Assembly (NCBI GenBank): GCA_963769935.1
Contig: CAVYNY010000030.1
Location: 1 to 64,000 of the forward strand
Direction: 5' to 3'
DNA: 64,000 nucleotides
DNA from: an uncultured delta proteobacterium
GTDB lineage: Bacteria; Desulfobacterota; Desulfobacteria; Desulfobacterales; JAFDCJ01
The notes under the pieces were generated by a model. The model was not told the origin of the DNA. It made no database searches and saw nothing but the letters and a program-made list of their open reading frames with translations. Below, in pieces: positions 26,511 to 36,899 of the stretch. The position numbers were made by a program, and so were the translations under genes. Every line of letters begins with the position of its first letter. Position 1 is the first letter of the stretch.

Positions 26511-29189
26511 GTGCAAGAAGAGAAAAAAAATATTAAAAATTGCGGCCTTACGGTTATCACGACCCATGTGAATGCAGACTTTGACGCCCTGGCTTCAATG
26601 CTGGCCGCCCAAAAGCTGTATCCCGAAGCACTCGTTGTATTTCCGGGCTCCCAGGAAAAAAATCTAAAGAATTTTTTCATTAATTCGATGGTGTATCTGT
26701 TTAATATGGCTGACATCAATGACATCGACTTTGGCAGTATCAGCCGCCTGATTTTGGTGGATACCAGACATCCCGACCGCATCGGCAAACTAAGCCAACT
26801 TATAAAAAAACCGGAAATTGAAATCCACATTTACGACCATCATCCCAACTCGGACAACGATATTAAGGGCTGCCTGGAAGTACATGGAAAAACCGGCGCC
26901 AATGTCACCATTTTAACAGAAATTATACAAGCGAAAGGGGTTCGAATTTCGGCGGACGAAGCCACCATCATGTGCCTGGGAATCTATGAAGACACCGGTT
27001 CCTTCACCTTCCCCTCTACCACCGAGAGAGATTTTTTGGCGGCCGCTTTTCTTTTATCCCGGGGCGCCAATTTAAATATCGTCTCAGATTTAATTGCCCG
27101 GGAATTAAGCCCGGAACAGGTGGTGCTGTTAAACGATATGATTCAGGCCGTCACCCGCTATCACATCAATGGTCTCGAAATTGTCGTCACCAGTGTGACG
27201 ATGGAAAAATACATGCCCGACTTTGCCTTCCTCGTCCAAAAAATGGTGAAAATGGAAAATCTGGATGCCATTTTTGCCATTGCGCGCATGGAAAATAAAA
27301 TTTACGTGGTAGCACGCAGCCGCATCAATGAGGTGGATGTCGGCGTCATTTTGGCGACCATGGGCGGCGGCGGCCATCCCTATGCCGCCGCCGCATCGAT
27401 CAAGGGCAAAACTCTGGCCCAGACGGAAACCAGACTGATCGAAATCCTCTACAGCAAAATCAGAACACAGCGTCAGGCAAAGGATCTCATGTCGGCACCC
27501 GCCATTTGCACCAGCGCGGATATCAGCTGCCAGGAAGCCAAAGATCTTATTACCCGCTACAATATCAACGCCCTGTTGGTGACGGAAAAAATCGACGGCA
27601 GCGAGAAGCTTTGCGGCTACATTACGCGCCAGGTGGTCGAAAAAGTTCTTTTCCATAAACTGGGTCAGGTCCTCGTCCGTGATTACATGACCACCGAGGT
27701 GGCGACCGTCGACCCGGATGCGGATCTGCTGGAAATTCAGGAAAAAATCATCGACAACAAACAGCGTATTTTGCCGGTGATAAAAAATTCAACCATTGCC
27801 GGTGTCATCACCCGCACGGATCTGCTGAATATCTTGGTGCGTCAATCACAGAAACAATCGGAAGCCGGGGCCGAATTCTTCAAAGAACCGGCTCCGGCTC
27901 ACACCCGCAACGTTCTGCGGTTTATGAAAGAGCGGCTTTCATCCGAGTTGATCGACATCCTGAAACAGATCGGCGAAGTGGCGGATGAAATCGGATACGG
28001 GGCCTATATCGTCGGTGGATTTGTCAGAGATCTGTTTTTGTACCGCAGCGATGAAGATCTTGATATTGTCATTGAAGGCGATGGAATTGCTTTCGCCAGA
28101 AAATACGCCAAACTGGTGGACGCACGGTTTCATACCCACGAAAAATTCGGGACCGCCGTTATTATTTTCCCGGATGGTTTCAAAATTGATGTGGCCTCGG
28201 CCAGAATGGAGTACTATAAATTTCCGGCCGCCCTGCCGGTGGTGGAAATGAGCTCGATCAAACTCGACCTGTACCGCCGGGACTTCACTATCAACACCCT
28301 GGCAATTCAGCTGAATTCAGATAAATTCGGTACGTTGATCGATTTCTTCGGCGCCCGTAAGGACATCAAAGAGAAAATTATGCGGGTTTTGCACAATCTT
28401 AGTTTCGTTGAAGATCCTACCCGGGTCTTTCGCGCCATCCGCTTCGAGCAGCGTTTTGGATTCACTATCGGCAAATTCACCGCCGGCCTGATTGCGAATG
28501 CCGTCAACATGGATTTTTTCAGGGTCCTAAGCGGTAAACGGGTACTTAGCGAGTTGCGACAGATTCTGGAAGAAGACAATCCCGTGGCCGCCATCATTCG
28601 GCTCAATGATTTTGGACTACTGAAGGTGATCCACGCCTCCATTCAATTGGATAAGTTTTTCATCGCCATGCTGACGTCGGTGAAAGAAGTTCTGACCTGG
28701 CATGATTTGCTTTTTCTCGATGAACCTTACAAGAAGTGGGTCGTTTATTTTATGGCTTTGATTTATCACTGTGATTCCGAGCGGTCGGAGGAGATCTGCC
28801 GGCGTTTTGAACTGGCACCGGATTTTCATAAAATCTTCTGCATCGAGCGGTTTGAGGCGGACCGTTGTATCTTCTGGCTCGAGAAAAATCTGCCGGTATC
28901 CGACAGCGAGCTTTACCGCAAACTAATCGGCTTCAAAATCGAACCGATTCTTTATATGATGGCCGCCGCCAGGCAACAAAAGGTCAAAAAGGCAATATCC
29001 CACTTTATTACCAATCTGCGTCGGGTTGATATTACCCTGCAAGGCAGAGATTTAAAGAAAATGAAGCTTAGGCCCGGACCGGTTTACCGGCAAATCCTGC
29101 AGGCTGTTCTGGACGCCAAACTGGATGGCAAGCTGAAAAACAAAAACGATGAAATTGAGTTTGTGCGGAGTTACATCGCCAAGCATTGA
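26511..29189 (+). CDS. tRNA nucleotidyltransferase with DHH-DHHA1-CBS-CBS-PolyA_pol architecture (A-adding type)
   Basis: THVNADFD, YDHH, GGGGHPYAA, CBS pair, VGGFVRD, DLDIV, RRDFTIN, EDPTRVFRAIRF. Confidence 0.9.
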   Translation: MQEEKKNIKNCGLTVITTHVNADFDALASMLAAQKLYPEALVVFPGSQEKNLKNFFINSMVYLFNMADINDIDFGSISRLILVDTRHPDRIGKLSQLIKKPEIEIHIYDHHPNSDNDIKGCLEVHGKTGANVTILTEIIQAKGVRISADEATIMCLGIYEDTGSFTFPSTTERDFLAAAFLLSRGANLNIVSDLIARELSPEQVVLLNDMIQAVTRYHINGLEIVVTSVTMEKYMPDFAFLVQKMVKMENLDAIFAIARMENKIYVVARSRINEVDVGVILATMGGGGHPYAAAASIKGKTLAQTETRLIEILYSKIRTQRQAKDLMSAPAICTSADISCQEAKDLITRYNINALLVTEKIDGSEKLCGYITRQVVEKVLFHKLGQVLVRDYMTTEVATVDPDADLLEIQEKIIDNKQRILPVIKNSTIAGVITRTDLLNILVRQSQKQSEAGAEFFKEPAPAHTRNVLRFMKERLSSELIDILKQIGEVADEIGYGAYIVGGFVRDLFLYRSDEDLDIVIEGDGIAFARKYAKLVDARFHTHEKFGTAVIIFPDGFKIDVASARMEYYKFPAALPVVEMSSIKLDLYRRDFTINTLAIQLNSDKFGTLIDFFGARKDIKEKIMRVLHNLSFVEDPTRVFRAIRFEQRFGFTIGKFTAGLIANAVNMDFFRVLSGKRVLSELRQILEEDNPVAAIIRLNDFGLLKVIHASIQLDKFFIAMLTSVKEVLTWHDLLFLDEPYKKWVVYFMALIYHCDSERSEEICRRFELAPDFHKIFCIERFEADRCIFWLEKNLPVSDSELYRKLIGFKIEPILYMMAAARQQKVKKAISHFITNLRRVDITLQGRDLKKMKLRPGPVYRQILQAVLDAKLDGKLKNKNDEIEFVRSYIAKH

Positions 29190-29423
29190 GGTCCCGCGAA
29201 ATCCCTCACCCGGATGGACCGAAACCAAAGAGGATAAATTATAATGCACAGCAATCATAATTAAGACCCTCCTAACGTTTCATAAACCACAGTGCCAAGG
29301 ATATTATCGAACGAGTTCGAATTTTTGTTTTCACATGTCTCAGGATCTGCTATAAAAACAAGTTTTTTATAATACGAATACTTTTGCGAGAGAAAACCAT
29401 ACGGGGAGGATAAACTAAACTTC

Positions 29424-30410
29424 ATGAGTCAAAAAAAACGAATTCTGAGCGGTATGCGGCCGACCGGCCGCCTGCATCTGGGCAATTTGCTGGGAGCGCT
29501 TGCCAACTGGGTTAAGATGCAGGACGAATACGACTGTTATTTTTTCATTGCCGACTGGCATGCGTTGACCAGCGATTACGACAACACGGGACCGATCGCT
29601 AAAAATAGAAAAGAAATTATCCTGGACTGGCTATCGGCCGGTCTTACACCCGATAAGAGCACCCTCTTCGTCCAGTCATTGGTCAAAGAGCATGCCGAGC
29701 TGTTTTTGCTCCTCTCCATGATAACACCGGTCCCCTGGCTGGAACGCAACCCGACTTATAAAGAGATAATCGGGGAGCTCAAAAACAAGGATTTATCGAC
29801 CTTCGGTTTTTTAGGTTACCCGGTGCTGCAGGCGGCCGACATCATTATATACAGACCTTACGGGGTACCGGTGGGGGTAGACCAGGCGCCCCATGTGGAA
29901 ATCACCCGCGAAATCGCGCGGCGCTTTAATTATTTCTACGGCAATATTTTCCCGGAACCCGAATTGATTTTAACTGAAACCCCCAAAATACTGGGGATTG
30001 ATCGGCGCAAAATGAGCAAAAGCTATGGTAATGCGATCTTTTTGTCGGACAGCCCGGAGGAGATCAGCAAAAAAGTATCGCAGATGATCACGGATCCCCA
30101 GCGGGCCAGACGCAGTGATCCCGGCAATCCGGACGTATGCAACGTTTATGATTTTCACAACCTTTACACCGACCCGCAAACGGTTAAAGAAATCGACGAA
30201 CAGTGCCGCACCGCCGGGATCGGCTGTGTGGAGTGCAAACAAAAGATGGCCCGGGGGCTGATCGCTGCCCTCGAACCGATTCGCGAAAAGCGAACCTACT
30301 ACGAGCAGCACCCGCAGCTGGTGGAAGAAATCATGGTCGCCGGCAGCGATAAAGCCCGCCTGAGCGCCCGGGAGACCATGGAGATCGTGCGGGCGGCCGT
30401 GAAAATTTAG
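29424..30410 (+). CDS. trpS: Tryptophan--tRNA ligase
   Basis: SGMRPTGRLHLGN, YPVLQAADI, KMSKS. Confidence 0.97.
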   Translation: MSQKKRILSGMRPTGRLHLGNLLGALANWVKMQDEYDCYFFIADWHALTSDYDNTGPIAKNRKEIILDWLSAGLTPDKSTLFVQSLVKEHAELFLLLSMITPVPWLERNPTYKEIIGELKNKDLSTFGFLGYPVLQAADIIIYRPYGVPVGVDQAPHVEITREIARRFNYFYGNIFPEPELILTETPKILGIDRRKMSKSYGNAIFLSDSPEEISKKVSQMITDPQRARRSDPGNPDVCNVYDFHNLYTDPQTVKEIDEQCRTAGIGCVECKQKMARGLIAALEPIREKRTYYEQHPQLVEEIMVAGSDKARLSARETMEIVRAAVKI

Positions 30411-30467
30411 ACCGAAGAATCAAAATCTCCAATATTAGTTTAATAATTTTGGTGTATTTTTATGGCA

Positions 30468-30617
30468 AAAATCCCAAATCACAAGCACCAAATTTCAAAT
30501 AAATTCAAAATTCGAAATCTCAATGATCGAAACCAGTCAATTTGTAAATTCAACGGCAAAGCTTTAGTTTTTAATTTGGATTTTTGCTCATTGGATTTTA
30601 TTTGTTATTTGGAATTT
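30468..30617. repeat. Third copy of CAAGCACCAAATT two-armed element, without nested insert
   Basis: aaaatcccaaatcacaagcaccaaatttcaaataaattc...; ...ttggattttatttgttatttggaattt. Confidence 0.8.
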
Positions 30618-30690
30618 CTAGAATACCGGAATAAATTTCCAGGAACCCATTCAAACACACAATTGCGTGTTGTTGTAAATTAAGAGCGTT

Positions 30691-31410
30691 ATGCCGGAAC
30701 AACTATACCAGGTTCAGATTGACAATATTTTTGAAGGGCCCATGGATCTGCTGGTTCATCTGATTAAAAAAAATGAACTGGACATCTATGATATCCCCAT
30801 TGCGCTGATCACCGAGCAGTATCTTCAATATATCGAATGGATGAAGGCGCTGAACGTTGAATTTGCAGGTGATTTTCTCGTCATGGCTTCCACCCTGACC
30901 CAGATAAAATCACGAATGCTGCTGCCGGTGCATGCCGACGATGAAGGTGAGGAGGAAGAGGATCCTCGGATGGAGCTTACCCGGCCGCTTCTGGAATACC
31001 TTCAGATGAAGTCGGCTGCCGACCAGCTGATCGAGCGCAATTTACTGGGCGAAAAAACGTTTACCCGCAGCCCCGGCCGTGACGAATTCACGGCGGACCC
31101 GGACAGTGAATTTATCCAGATCGGTTTGTTTGAGCTGATTGACGCCTTTCAAAAAATACTCGAAAGAATTCCCGGCGATCACCGGGTTGATCTCACGGCC
31201 GAGGAAATATCGGTGAAGGATAAAATTTCGCAAATAGTCGATATCCTTGAGGACAAGGGATCGATTACCTTCACGGAGTTGTTTTCAGATAGTCCGGATA
31301 AACGGGAAGTTGTCATTACCTTTCTGGCCATCCTGGAGATGGTCAAACTGACCCTGATCCGGCTGGTTCAGAATATAAGCACCGGTATTATTCGAATATT
31401 CTATATATAA
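30691..31410 (+). CDS. scpA: Segregation and condensation protein A
   Basis: FEGPMDLLVHLI, FLVMASTL, TFLAILEM. Confidence 0.95.
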   Translation: MPEQLYQVQIDNIFEGPMDLLVHLIKKNELDIYDIPIALITEQYLQYIEWMKALNVEFAGDFLVMASTLTQIKSRMLLPVHADDEGEEEEDPRMELTRPLLEYLQMKSAADQLIERNLLGEKTFTRSPGRDEFTADPDSEFIQIGLFELIDAFQKILERIPGDHRVDLTAEEISVKDKISQIVDILEDKGSITFTELFSDSPDKREVVITFLAILEMVKLTLIRLVQNISTGIIRIFYI

Positions 31411-31511
31411 GCCAAGTTGATCGGATCAGGGTTCAGGGTTCAAAAGTTAAAACCGCAGGAACGGACTCTTTTCAGAATCGCTGTAACCGGAATTCGACCA
31501 TATCTGCAATT

Positions 31512-32333
31512 ATGGAAAACATCAAATATATCATCGAAAGCCTGCTGTTCGTGGCGGATGAACCGCTCACGATGGACCGGATTAAAAAAATCATCACCCA
31601 GGCGGAAACCCAGGAAATCCGGGATGCTCTGACGGCCCTGGCGGTCGAGTATGAAGAACGCCCTGGTGGTTTTTTCCTCGACGAGGTTGCCGGCGGTTAT
31701 CAGATCCGTACCCGTCCCGAATATACGGAATGGATCAAGAAGCTCATCCAGCCCAGGCCGCTGCGCCTCAGCAAGGCGGCGCTGGAGACCCTGGTAATCA
31801 TCGCCTATAAGCAGCCGATTATCCGAAGTGATATTGAACATCTGCGGGGGGTCGATTGCGGGGGTGTCCTGCGCGTGCTCCTGGAACGTAAACTGGTTCG
31901 GGTGCTGGGTCGCAGAGAAATGGCAGGCCGTCCGCTGATCTATGCCACAACCAAGCATTTTCTGGAGGTATTTGATCTAAAAACGCTCAGGGATCTTCCA
32001 ACACCCAAGGAAATCGAAGAGCTCGGCGCTTCCCTCGCCGAATCGGGCAAATCCATCGTTTTGGAATCAGGCCTTGAATCTGACGACGAGGAGGAATCGC
32101 CGGAAGCCTACGACGACGAATCGGAAACGCCGGAAGCCTACGACGACGAGCCGGAATCGTCGGAAAGCCCTGAGGAAGTCGACCAATTCCCTGAAGAATA
32201 TGAACCGGGAGGGGAAGAAACCCCGGCTGTCCCTGCCAACCCAATCCCCGATGCAGCCAAGGATACCTTGCCGGAAAAGGGGGTTGAAGAACCGGAGGCA
32301 GCACCGGCAGAAAATCCTAAGGAGGATCAGTGA
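31512..32333 (+). CDS. scpB: Segregation and condensation protein B with acidic repeat tail
   Basis: LSKAALETL, IAYKQP, RGVD, GRPLIYATT, LRDLP. Confidence 0.95.
   Translation: MENIKYIIESLLFVADEPLTMDRIKKIITQAETQEIRDALTALAVEYEERPGGFFLDEVAGGYQIRTRPEYTEWIKKLIQPRPLRLSKAALETLVIIAYKQPIIRSDIEHLRGVDCGGVLRVLLERKLVRVLGRREMAGRPLIYATTKHFLEVFDLKTLRDLPTPKEIEELGASLAESGKSIVLESGLESDDEEESPEAYDDESETPEAYDDEPESSESPEEVDQFPEEYEPGGEETPAVPANPIPDAAKDTLPEKGVEEPEAAPAENPKEDQ
32082..32171 (+). repeat. In-frame 30-bp tandem repeat x3 in scpB
   Basis: Encodes DDEEESPEAY-DDESETPEAY-DDEPESSESP. Confidence 0.85.
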
Positions 32334-32455
32334 TTTCGTAAAGAATGCGATTCCAGAATTAACGATGACGCTGTGGAAAATTTAAAAAAAGCGCTTGATT
32401 TATGGATGTAAACTCATTATTTAGGAAAAGCGCTTCAAATCGAAAAAAATTATTC

Positions 32456-32530
32456 GGGCGGTTAACTCAGCGGGAGAGTGCTACCTTCACACGGTAGAAG
32501 TCACTGGTTCAAACCCAGTACCGCCTACCA
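32456..32530 (+). tRNA. tRNA-Val (anticodon CAC)
   Basis: GGGCGGT/ACCGCCT acceptor stem, anticodon arm CTACC-TTCACAC-GGTAG, T-loop GGTTCAAAC, encoded CCA. Confidence 0.97.
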
Positions 32531-32537
32531 GTAAAAT

Positions 32538-32579
32538 AAAGGGCTTGCAGACTTGACAGTTTGTAAGCCCTTTTTCTTT
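32538..32579 (+). terminator. Intrinsic terminator after tRNA-Val
   Basis: AAAGGGCTTGCAGACT/AGTTTGTAAGCCCTTT stem plus T tract. Confidence 0.8.
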
Positions 32580-32685
32580 ATTCCACATCAACTGAGGAAC
32601 TTTCAGATCCAACCCCTATCCATGGCATCCGGTGCCGCCAAACATCCCCTTCCCTCCATAATTTTATCCGAGTTGCTAAAATCTC

Positions 32686-32740
32686 TTGACAATCATAAAA
32701 ATATTTGGGAAATATTTCCCAAATTTAAACTTTTCCCAAT
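32686..32740 (+). promoter_or_regulatory. Candidate promoter (-35 TTGACA) with perfect 22-bp palindromic operator over the -10 region
   Basis: TTGACA at 32686-32691; ATTTGGGAAATATTTCCCAAAT at 32703-32724; extra half-site TTTCCCAA at 32732-32739. Confidence 0.65.
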
Positions 32741-32807
32741 CAAAATCATCCTGCAGCTTCTTGAGGATCATTTAAGCTGAAAACCTCGACGCGGGGTCTC
32801 AATTCTC

Positions 32808-33635
32808 ATGGCAGATAAAAAAAATCAGGTGCTTTATGCGGCGATCGCTCGCATTCTGCGCCCTCTCATCCACATCCTTATACGCAACGGCATATCCTAC
32901 GTCACCTTCGCCGACCTGGCCAAATGGCTGTTTGTGGACGTGGCCAAACGGGAGTTTGCCATTACAGCCCGCAAGCAGACCATTTCCCGCGTATCTGTCA
33001 TTACCGGTTTAAACCGCAAGGAAGTCAAACGGGTTTCCGAATTGCCCGTACCCGACGACCAAGCCAGCGACGAGCGCTATAATCGCGCAGCCCGGGTAAT
33101 AGCCGGCTGGCGCCGGGATAAAACGTTTCGAGATGCTAAGGGTAAACCGTCTGTTTTGGCGCTCTCCGGAGAGGGGGCGACGTTTCAGACTCTGGTTAAA
33201 AAATACAGCGGTGATATGCCGTTTCGCGCGGTTCTGGACGAATTAGTCCGGGTGGGCGCCGTACTTCAAACCGATGACGGCCGGGTGCACCTTTCAGCCC
33301 GCGCCTATTTGCCGTCCGGCGATGAAACCATGAAAATCCATATTCTCGGCACGGATGTCGCGCATCTTATCTCATCCATCCGGCACAACCTGAAACCGGA
33401 TGCCCGGGGATCCTTTTATCAACGCAAAGTCATGTACGACAACCTGCCGGATGGAGTTTTACCCGCCTTTCGCAAGTTGTCGGCTGAATCCGGCCAAAAG
33501 TTACTGGAAAAACTGGATGGTTGGCTCTCCGATCGTGATCGGGATACCGGGCAAGACGGCAGCGGCACCGACCGCAATGTTGCCGGGCTCGGCATCTACT
33601 ATTTCGAGGAACCTTATGAAGAAAAAGAAGAATAA
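32808..33635 (+). CDS. DUF6502-like protein, putative HTH regulator
   Basis: LRPLIHILIRNGI, HTH-like TISRVSVITGLNRKEVKR, ARVIAGW, LDELVRVG, C-terminal GLGIYYFE. Confidence 0.75.
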   Translation: MADKKNQVLYAAIARILRPLIHILIRNGISYVTFADLAKWLFVDVAKREFAITARKQTISRVSVITGLNRKEVKRVSELPVPDDQASDERYNRAARVIAGWRRDKTFRDAKGKPSVLALSGEGATFQTLVKKYSGDMPFRAVLDELVRVGAVLQTDDGRVHLSARAYLPSGDETMKIHILGTDVAHLISSIRHNLKPDARGSFYQRKVMYDNLPDGVLPAFRKLSAESGQKLLEKLDGWLSDRDRDTGQDGSGTDRNVAGLGIYYFEEPYEEKEE

Positions 33636-35094
33636 AACAACGTTACGCCAAATGACCATTAGGACTGTCATCGGAGCAATTTTGATCTTCATGGCGTTAT
33701 TCACCCAGACGGCCTGCAATGAGGGCGGTGGCGGCGGTCTGCTGGCGGGCGGCGGCATCGGCGGCACCGGCATCAGTGTCGGCACAATCTCCGGATTCGG
33801 CAGTGTTCTCGTCAATGATGTCGATTTTGATACGAAGAAGGCCAAGGTCTTTATCAACGGCAGGCAGGTCGGCGAAGGGGATTCCGACGTCAGGAATAAG
33901 CTTGCTTTGGGTATGGTCGTGCGGGTCGAGGGCAAATTTCTAGGGAACGGCGCCGGCAAAGCCGACCGCATCGTATTTAATGAAAATGTGAAGGGGCCCG
34001 TCACGAACATCGAAACTCTGGATACGGTGATTAAAAAAATCACGGTACTGGGTCAAATTGTTATCATTGACGACGGTACGAATTTTACTGGTACCGATTT
34101 CGACAGCCTAACAGTGGGCAATGTGCTTCAAATCAGCGGCTGGAGGGATGGGTCTGGCGTTATCCAGGCCACCTACATTGCCCTTATTACAGATCCCTCA
34201 GCCGAGGTCACGATCAGAGGTATTATCACGGAAGTAAATGTCCCGCAGAAAAATTTGCACATCAATCGGTTGAGCGTCGATTTTTCACAAGCCGCTCTCA
34301 AGGGATTCCCTGATGATGAACTGCCGGCATTAGGCCAGTTGGTTGTCGCCACAGGGTTTTTGGATGTCAACGGTGCTATGGCTGCTGAAGAAGTCGGCCT
34401 TGAAAATTATCTGGGAGTCGAGGACGCCGATGACGTTGAAATTGAAGGCATTGTCTCGCAGGTTTCATCACCTTCCGATTTCGTCCTGGGGGCGACGGCG
34501 GTTCAAACCGACGCAGCGACCGCATTTAAAGGAATAGAGCCCAGTGACATCGTTGCCGGGACACGACTGTTGGTAAAAGGCGCTCTGACACAAGGCCGCC
34601 TGCTCGCCGATGAGGTGATGGCCAAAGATAAAGTCAATCTCGAAGGTACGGTCGAATCCGTCGACAATGACCGGGCGGAAATCTCGCTTCTCGGACTCGA
34701 CGCTTTAGTTATCCACATCAACAACTTCACCAAAATATTCGGTGATGCAGCCGAGTTGACTGATGTCCGGCAAGGCCAGCATGCGAAAATCCTTGGACTT
34801 TGTCGCCGGAGTAAATAAAGTAGAAGCGCTCCAGATGAAGGTCGAAATAAAGAAAGCGCCAAGGTAAGACTGCAAGGTCCGGTCACGCATATCAACCGTC
34901 CGATCATTTCGGTATTCAGTGTTGACGTAAATACCGACGCCATACCGGAAAATGGATTCGGGACCATGGAGGATGGCCCGGTTTCCCGCAACGATTTTTT
35001 TAATCTGGTAATTAGAGGCGATATAGTCGGTGCCAAGGGGAATTTGATCGGCAACGAAATTGAATGGGGAGAAATCGAACTACTACAGGAATGA
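33616..35094 (+). pseudogene. DUF5666-repeat lipoprotein with in-frame stop at 34816-34818 caused by apparent compensating indels
   Basis: GAGGA RBS plus ATG at 33616; lipobox-like QTAC; GGIGGTG; GTISGFGSVLVN; repeated beta-rich units; same frame resumes KVRLQGPV...IELLQE to TGA at 35094. Confidence 0.7.
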
Positions 35095-35273
35095 CGCCTT
35101 TAGATTTACCAAACGGTTAGGTCGTCAATTTTATTTTAAAAAAGGAGTTTAGAGAGGCTTAAAAAAACAATGGCTAAATCGGGTCGAGTTTCGGTGAAAG
35201 CCGGGTTCAGGAAAAGAGCATGGGCAACGCCGAAACTTTAGAGAAACCATTAGGCATCAAGGAGGAGGACAAA

Positions 35274-36899
35274 ATGAACACATTTTATAAGCGTCCAGGA
35301 TCAATTTTATTTATAACATTAATAGCCGCAGCGTTTATATTGGTGGGCTGCGGTGGAAGCGGCGGGGGTTCCGACGGCTTTAGTACCGGCTCATCATCCG
35401 GGAGCGGCAATGTAGCTCTACTGTTGGCAGATGGTCCGGCAGAAAACTACGATAACATTTGGATCAGCGTTACCAAGGTTTTACTGATTCCTGCGGATAG
35501 AAATCCCAATGGATCGCCGGTTGTCATATTTGAATCCAATAAGGGGCATGAAATTGATTTACTTGAATTGCGCGATCAGGACTTTTTGTTAACTGTTAAA
35601 AAGCGTGTTCCGGCAGGATGGTATTCAAAGGTCAGGCTGGAAGTCAACGGAATCCGGTCTGAAGGTGGTGACTGCGACAATTTACAATTAAAACTTCCGA
35701 GCGGCAAAATTGATCTTAATCCCCGCAGTGAGTTCGAGGTTCGATCCGGGCAGACGCTTTCGATACGTTTGGACATCGATGCCAACAAATCAATCAACCT
35801 TCATGAAGCCGGAAATTCAGGCAAATGTATATTCCGGCCGGTGGTATTTGTCGATATCGAAACAATCATAACTCCACAGCGCTGTCCCCGGCTTCTAACC
35901 GGAGAAATTATCAGTCTTGTAAAAAACGAAAGAACGGGAGTTGTTGAAGGATTTGCTCTAGATCTTACCGACAACCGGGGGCGTATTGATGTTTGGCTTT
36001 CAGACGATCCCCGCCAGCCTACCATAATTTTTGGAGAAGATGGAAACCGTGTGAGACCCAATGCTCTCCAACCTGGGCAAGAGGTTCGGGTGAGAGGAAA
36101 GATAACATCACAGGGCGACCTCACAGCCTCAGTTGTAGTCATTGGAGATGTTCTAAATGCCAAGGGAATTGTCGTATCCCCGGTTGACAGCGCTTCCATA
36201 TTTCCGCTTAAATTAGATCCTGGACAGAAGCTCATTGGTGAACAGGTCAATGTAGAGGTAACAATGGCAACCCTTGTTCTATTAGGATGCGACGAGGAAG
36301 TGAGCCCTGATGCGATACAGAGAGGCAAGCGCGCCAGGGTTGTCGGCAAATTCGATGTAAATGAAAATGTTCTGCGTGCGGTAGCAATATTCCTGGAGTC
36401 AGAAGAGATATTTGGTGACTTGGTGAGCATTGATCGCGCAACTGGCGGCACAAACCTTGTTGTTGACCTTCAGGACGGAGGTCAATTCAACGTTTTTCTG
36501 CCGCAGGAAACACCGATTTATCTTCAGGGTGATGGGGAGGTACCCCTCGGGTTCCTAAATCAGCTACTGGTTTGCGGTCCAAAGAAAGTACGGATTGCCC
36601 TGGATCCTGAAGAAGCTGAACCAACAGCCCAGGAGGTCCGGGTAGAGCAGGACCGTCTTAATGGTAAGGTAGAAGCGATATCCAGTGACCGGGTAGTTAG
36701 TCTGGAGGGAGGAATACCGGTCAGAATTCAAGAAGGAGCGACAATCCTGTTGAACACAGAGTCTGCTGATATTCCGGTCGACATTGATGTCATAAAAAAC
36801 GGTGATGAGTTGACTCTTTACGGTCTTGAGGCGTGCGATGAAATTGAGGAAAATTTTTATGCCTATGTTGTATTAATCAAGGAATCGTCAACAGATTGA
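35274..36899 (+). CDS. DUF4382/DUF5666-like lipoprotein
   Basis: GGAGGAGG RBS; lipobox LVGC; Gly/Ser linker; LLADGP, IDLLEL, LKLPSG, LDIDANKS, FRPV; C-terminal beta-rich repeats. Confidence 0.75.
   Translation: MNTFYKRPGSILFITLIAAAFILVGCGGSGGGSDGFSTGSSSGSGNVALLLADGPAENYDNIWISVTKVLLIPADRNPNGSPVVIFESNKGHEIDLLELRDQDFLLTVKKRVPAGWYSKVRLEVNGIRSEGGDCDNLQLKLPSGKIDLNPRSEFEVRSGQTLSIRLDIDANKSINLHEAGNSGKCIFRPVVFVDIETIITPQRCPRLLTGEIISLVKNERTGVVEGFALDLTDNRGRIDVWLSDDPRQPTIIFGEDGNRVRPNALQPGQEVRVRGKITSQGDLTASVVVIGDVLNAKGIVVSPVDSASIFPLKLDPGQKLIGEQVNVEVTMATLVLLGCDEEVSPDAIQRGKRARVVGKFDVNENVLRAVAIFLESEEIFGDLVSIDRATGGTNLVVDLQDGGQFNVFLPQETPIYLQGDGEVPLGFLNQLLVCGPKKVRIALDPEEAEPTAQEVRVEQDRLNGKVEAISSDRVVSLEGGIPVRIQEGATILLNTESADIPVDIDVIKNGDELTLYGLEACDEIEENFYAYVVLIKESSTD

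Noticed and set aside
30462..30683. Short ORFs over repeat arrays (also 1182-1364, 2802-3091, 4548-4775, 43093-43311, 48658-48891)
   Set aside because: They are translations of tandem-repeat DNA with no protein-family features.
33400..33615. Upstream extension of the DUF5666-like ORF
   Set aside because: Overlaps the DUF6502-like gene; the RBS and signal peptide indicate a start at 33616.
36897..36899. Selenocysteine TGA in the DUF4382-like gene
   Set aside because: No stem-loop after the codon and no Cys-like catalytic context.
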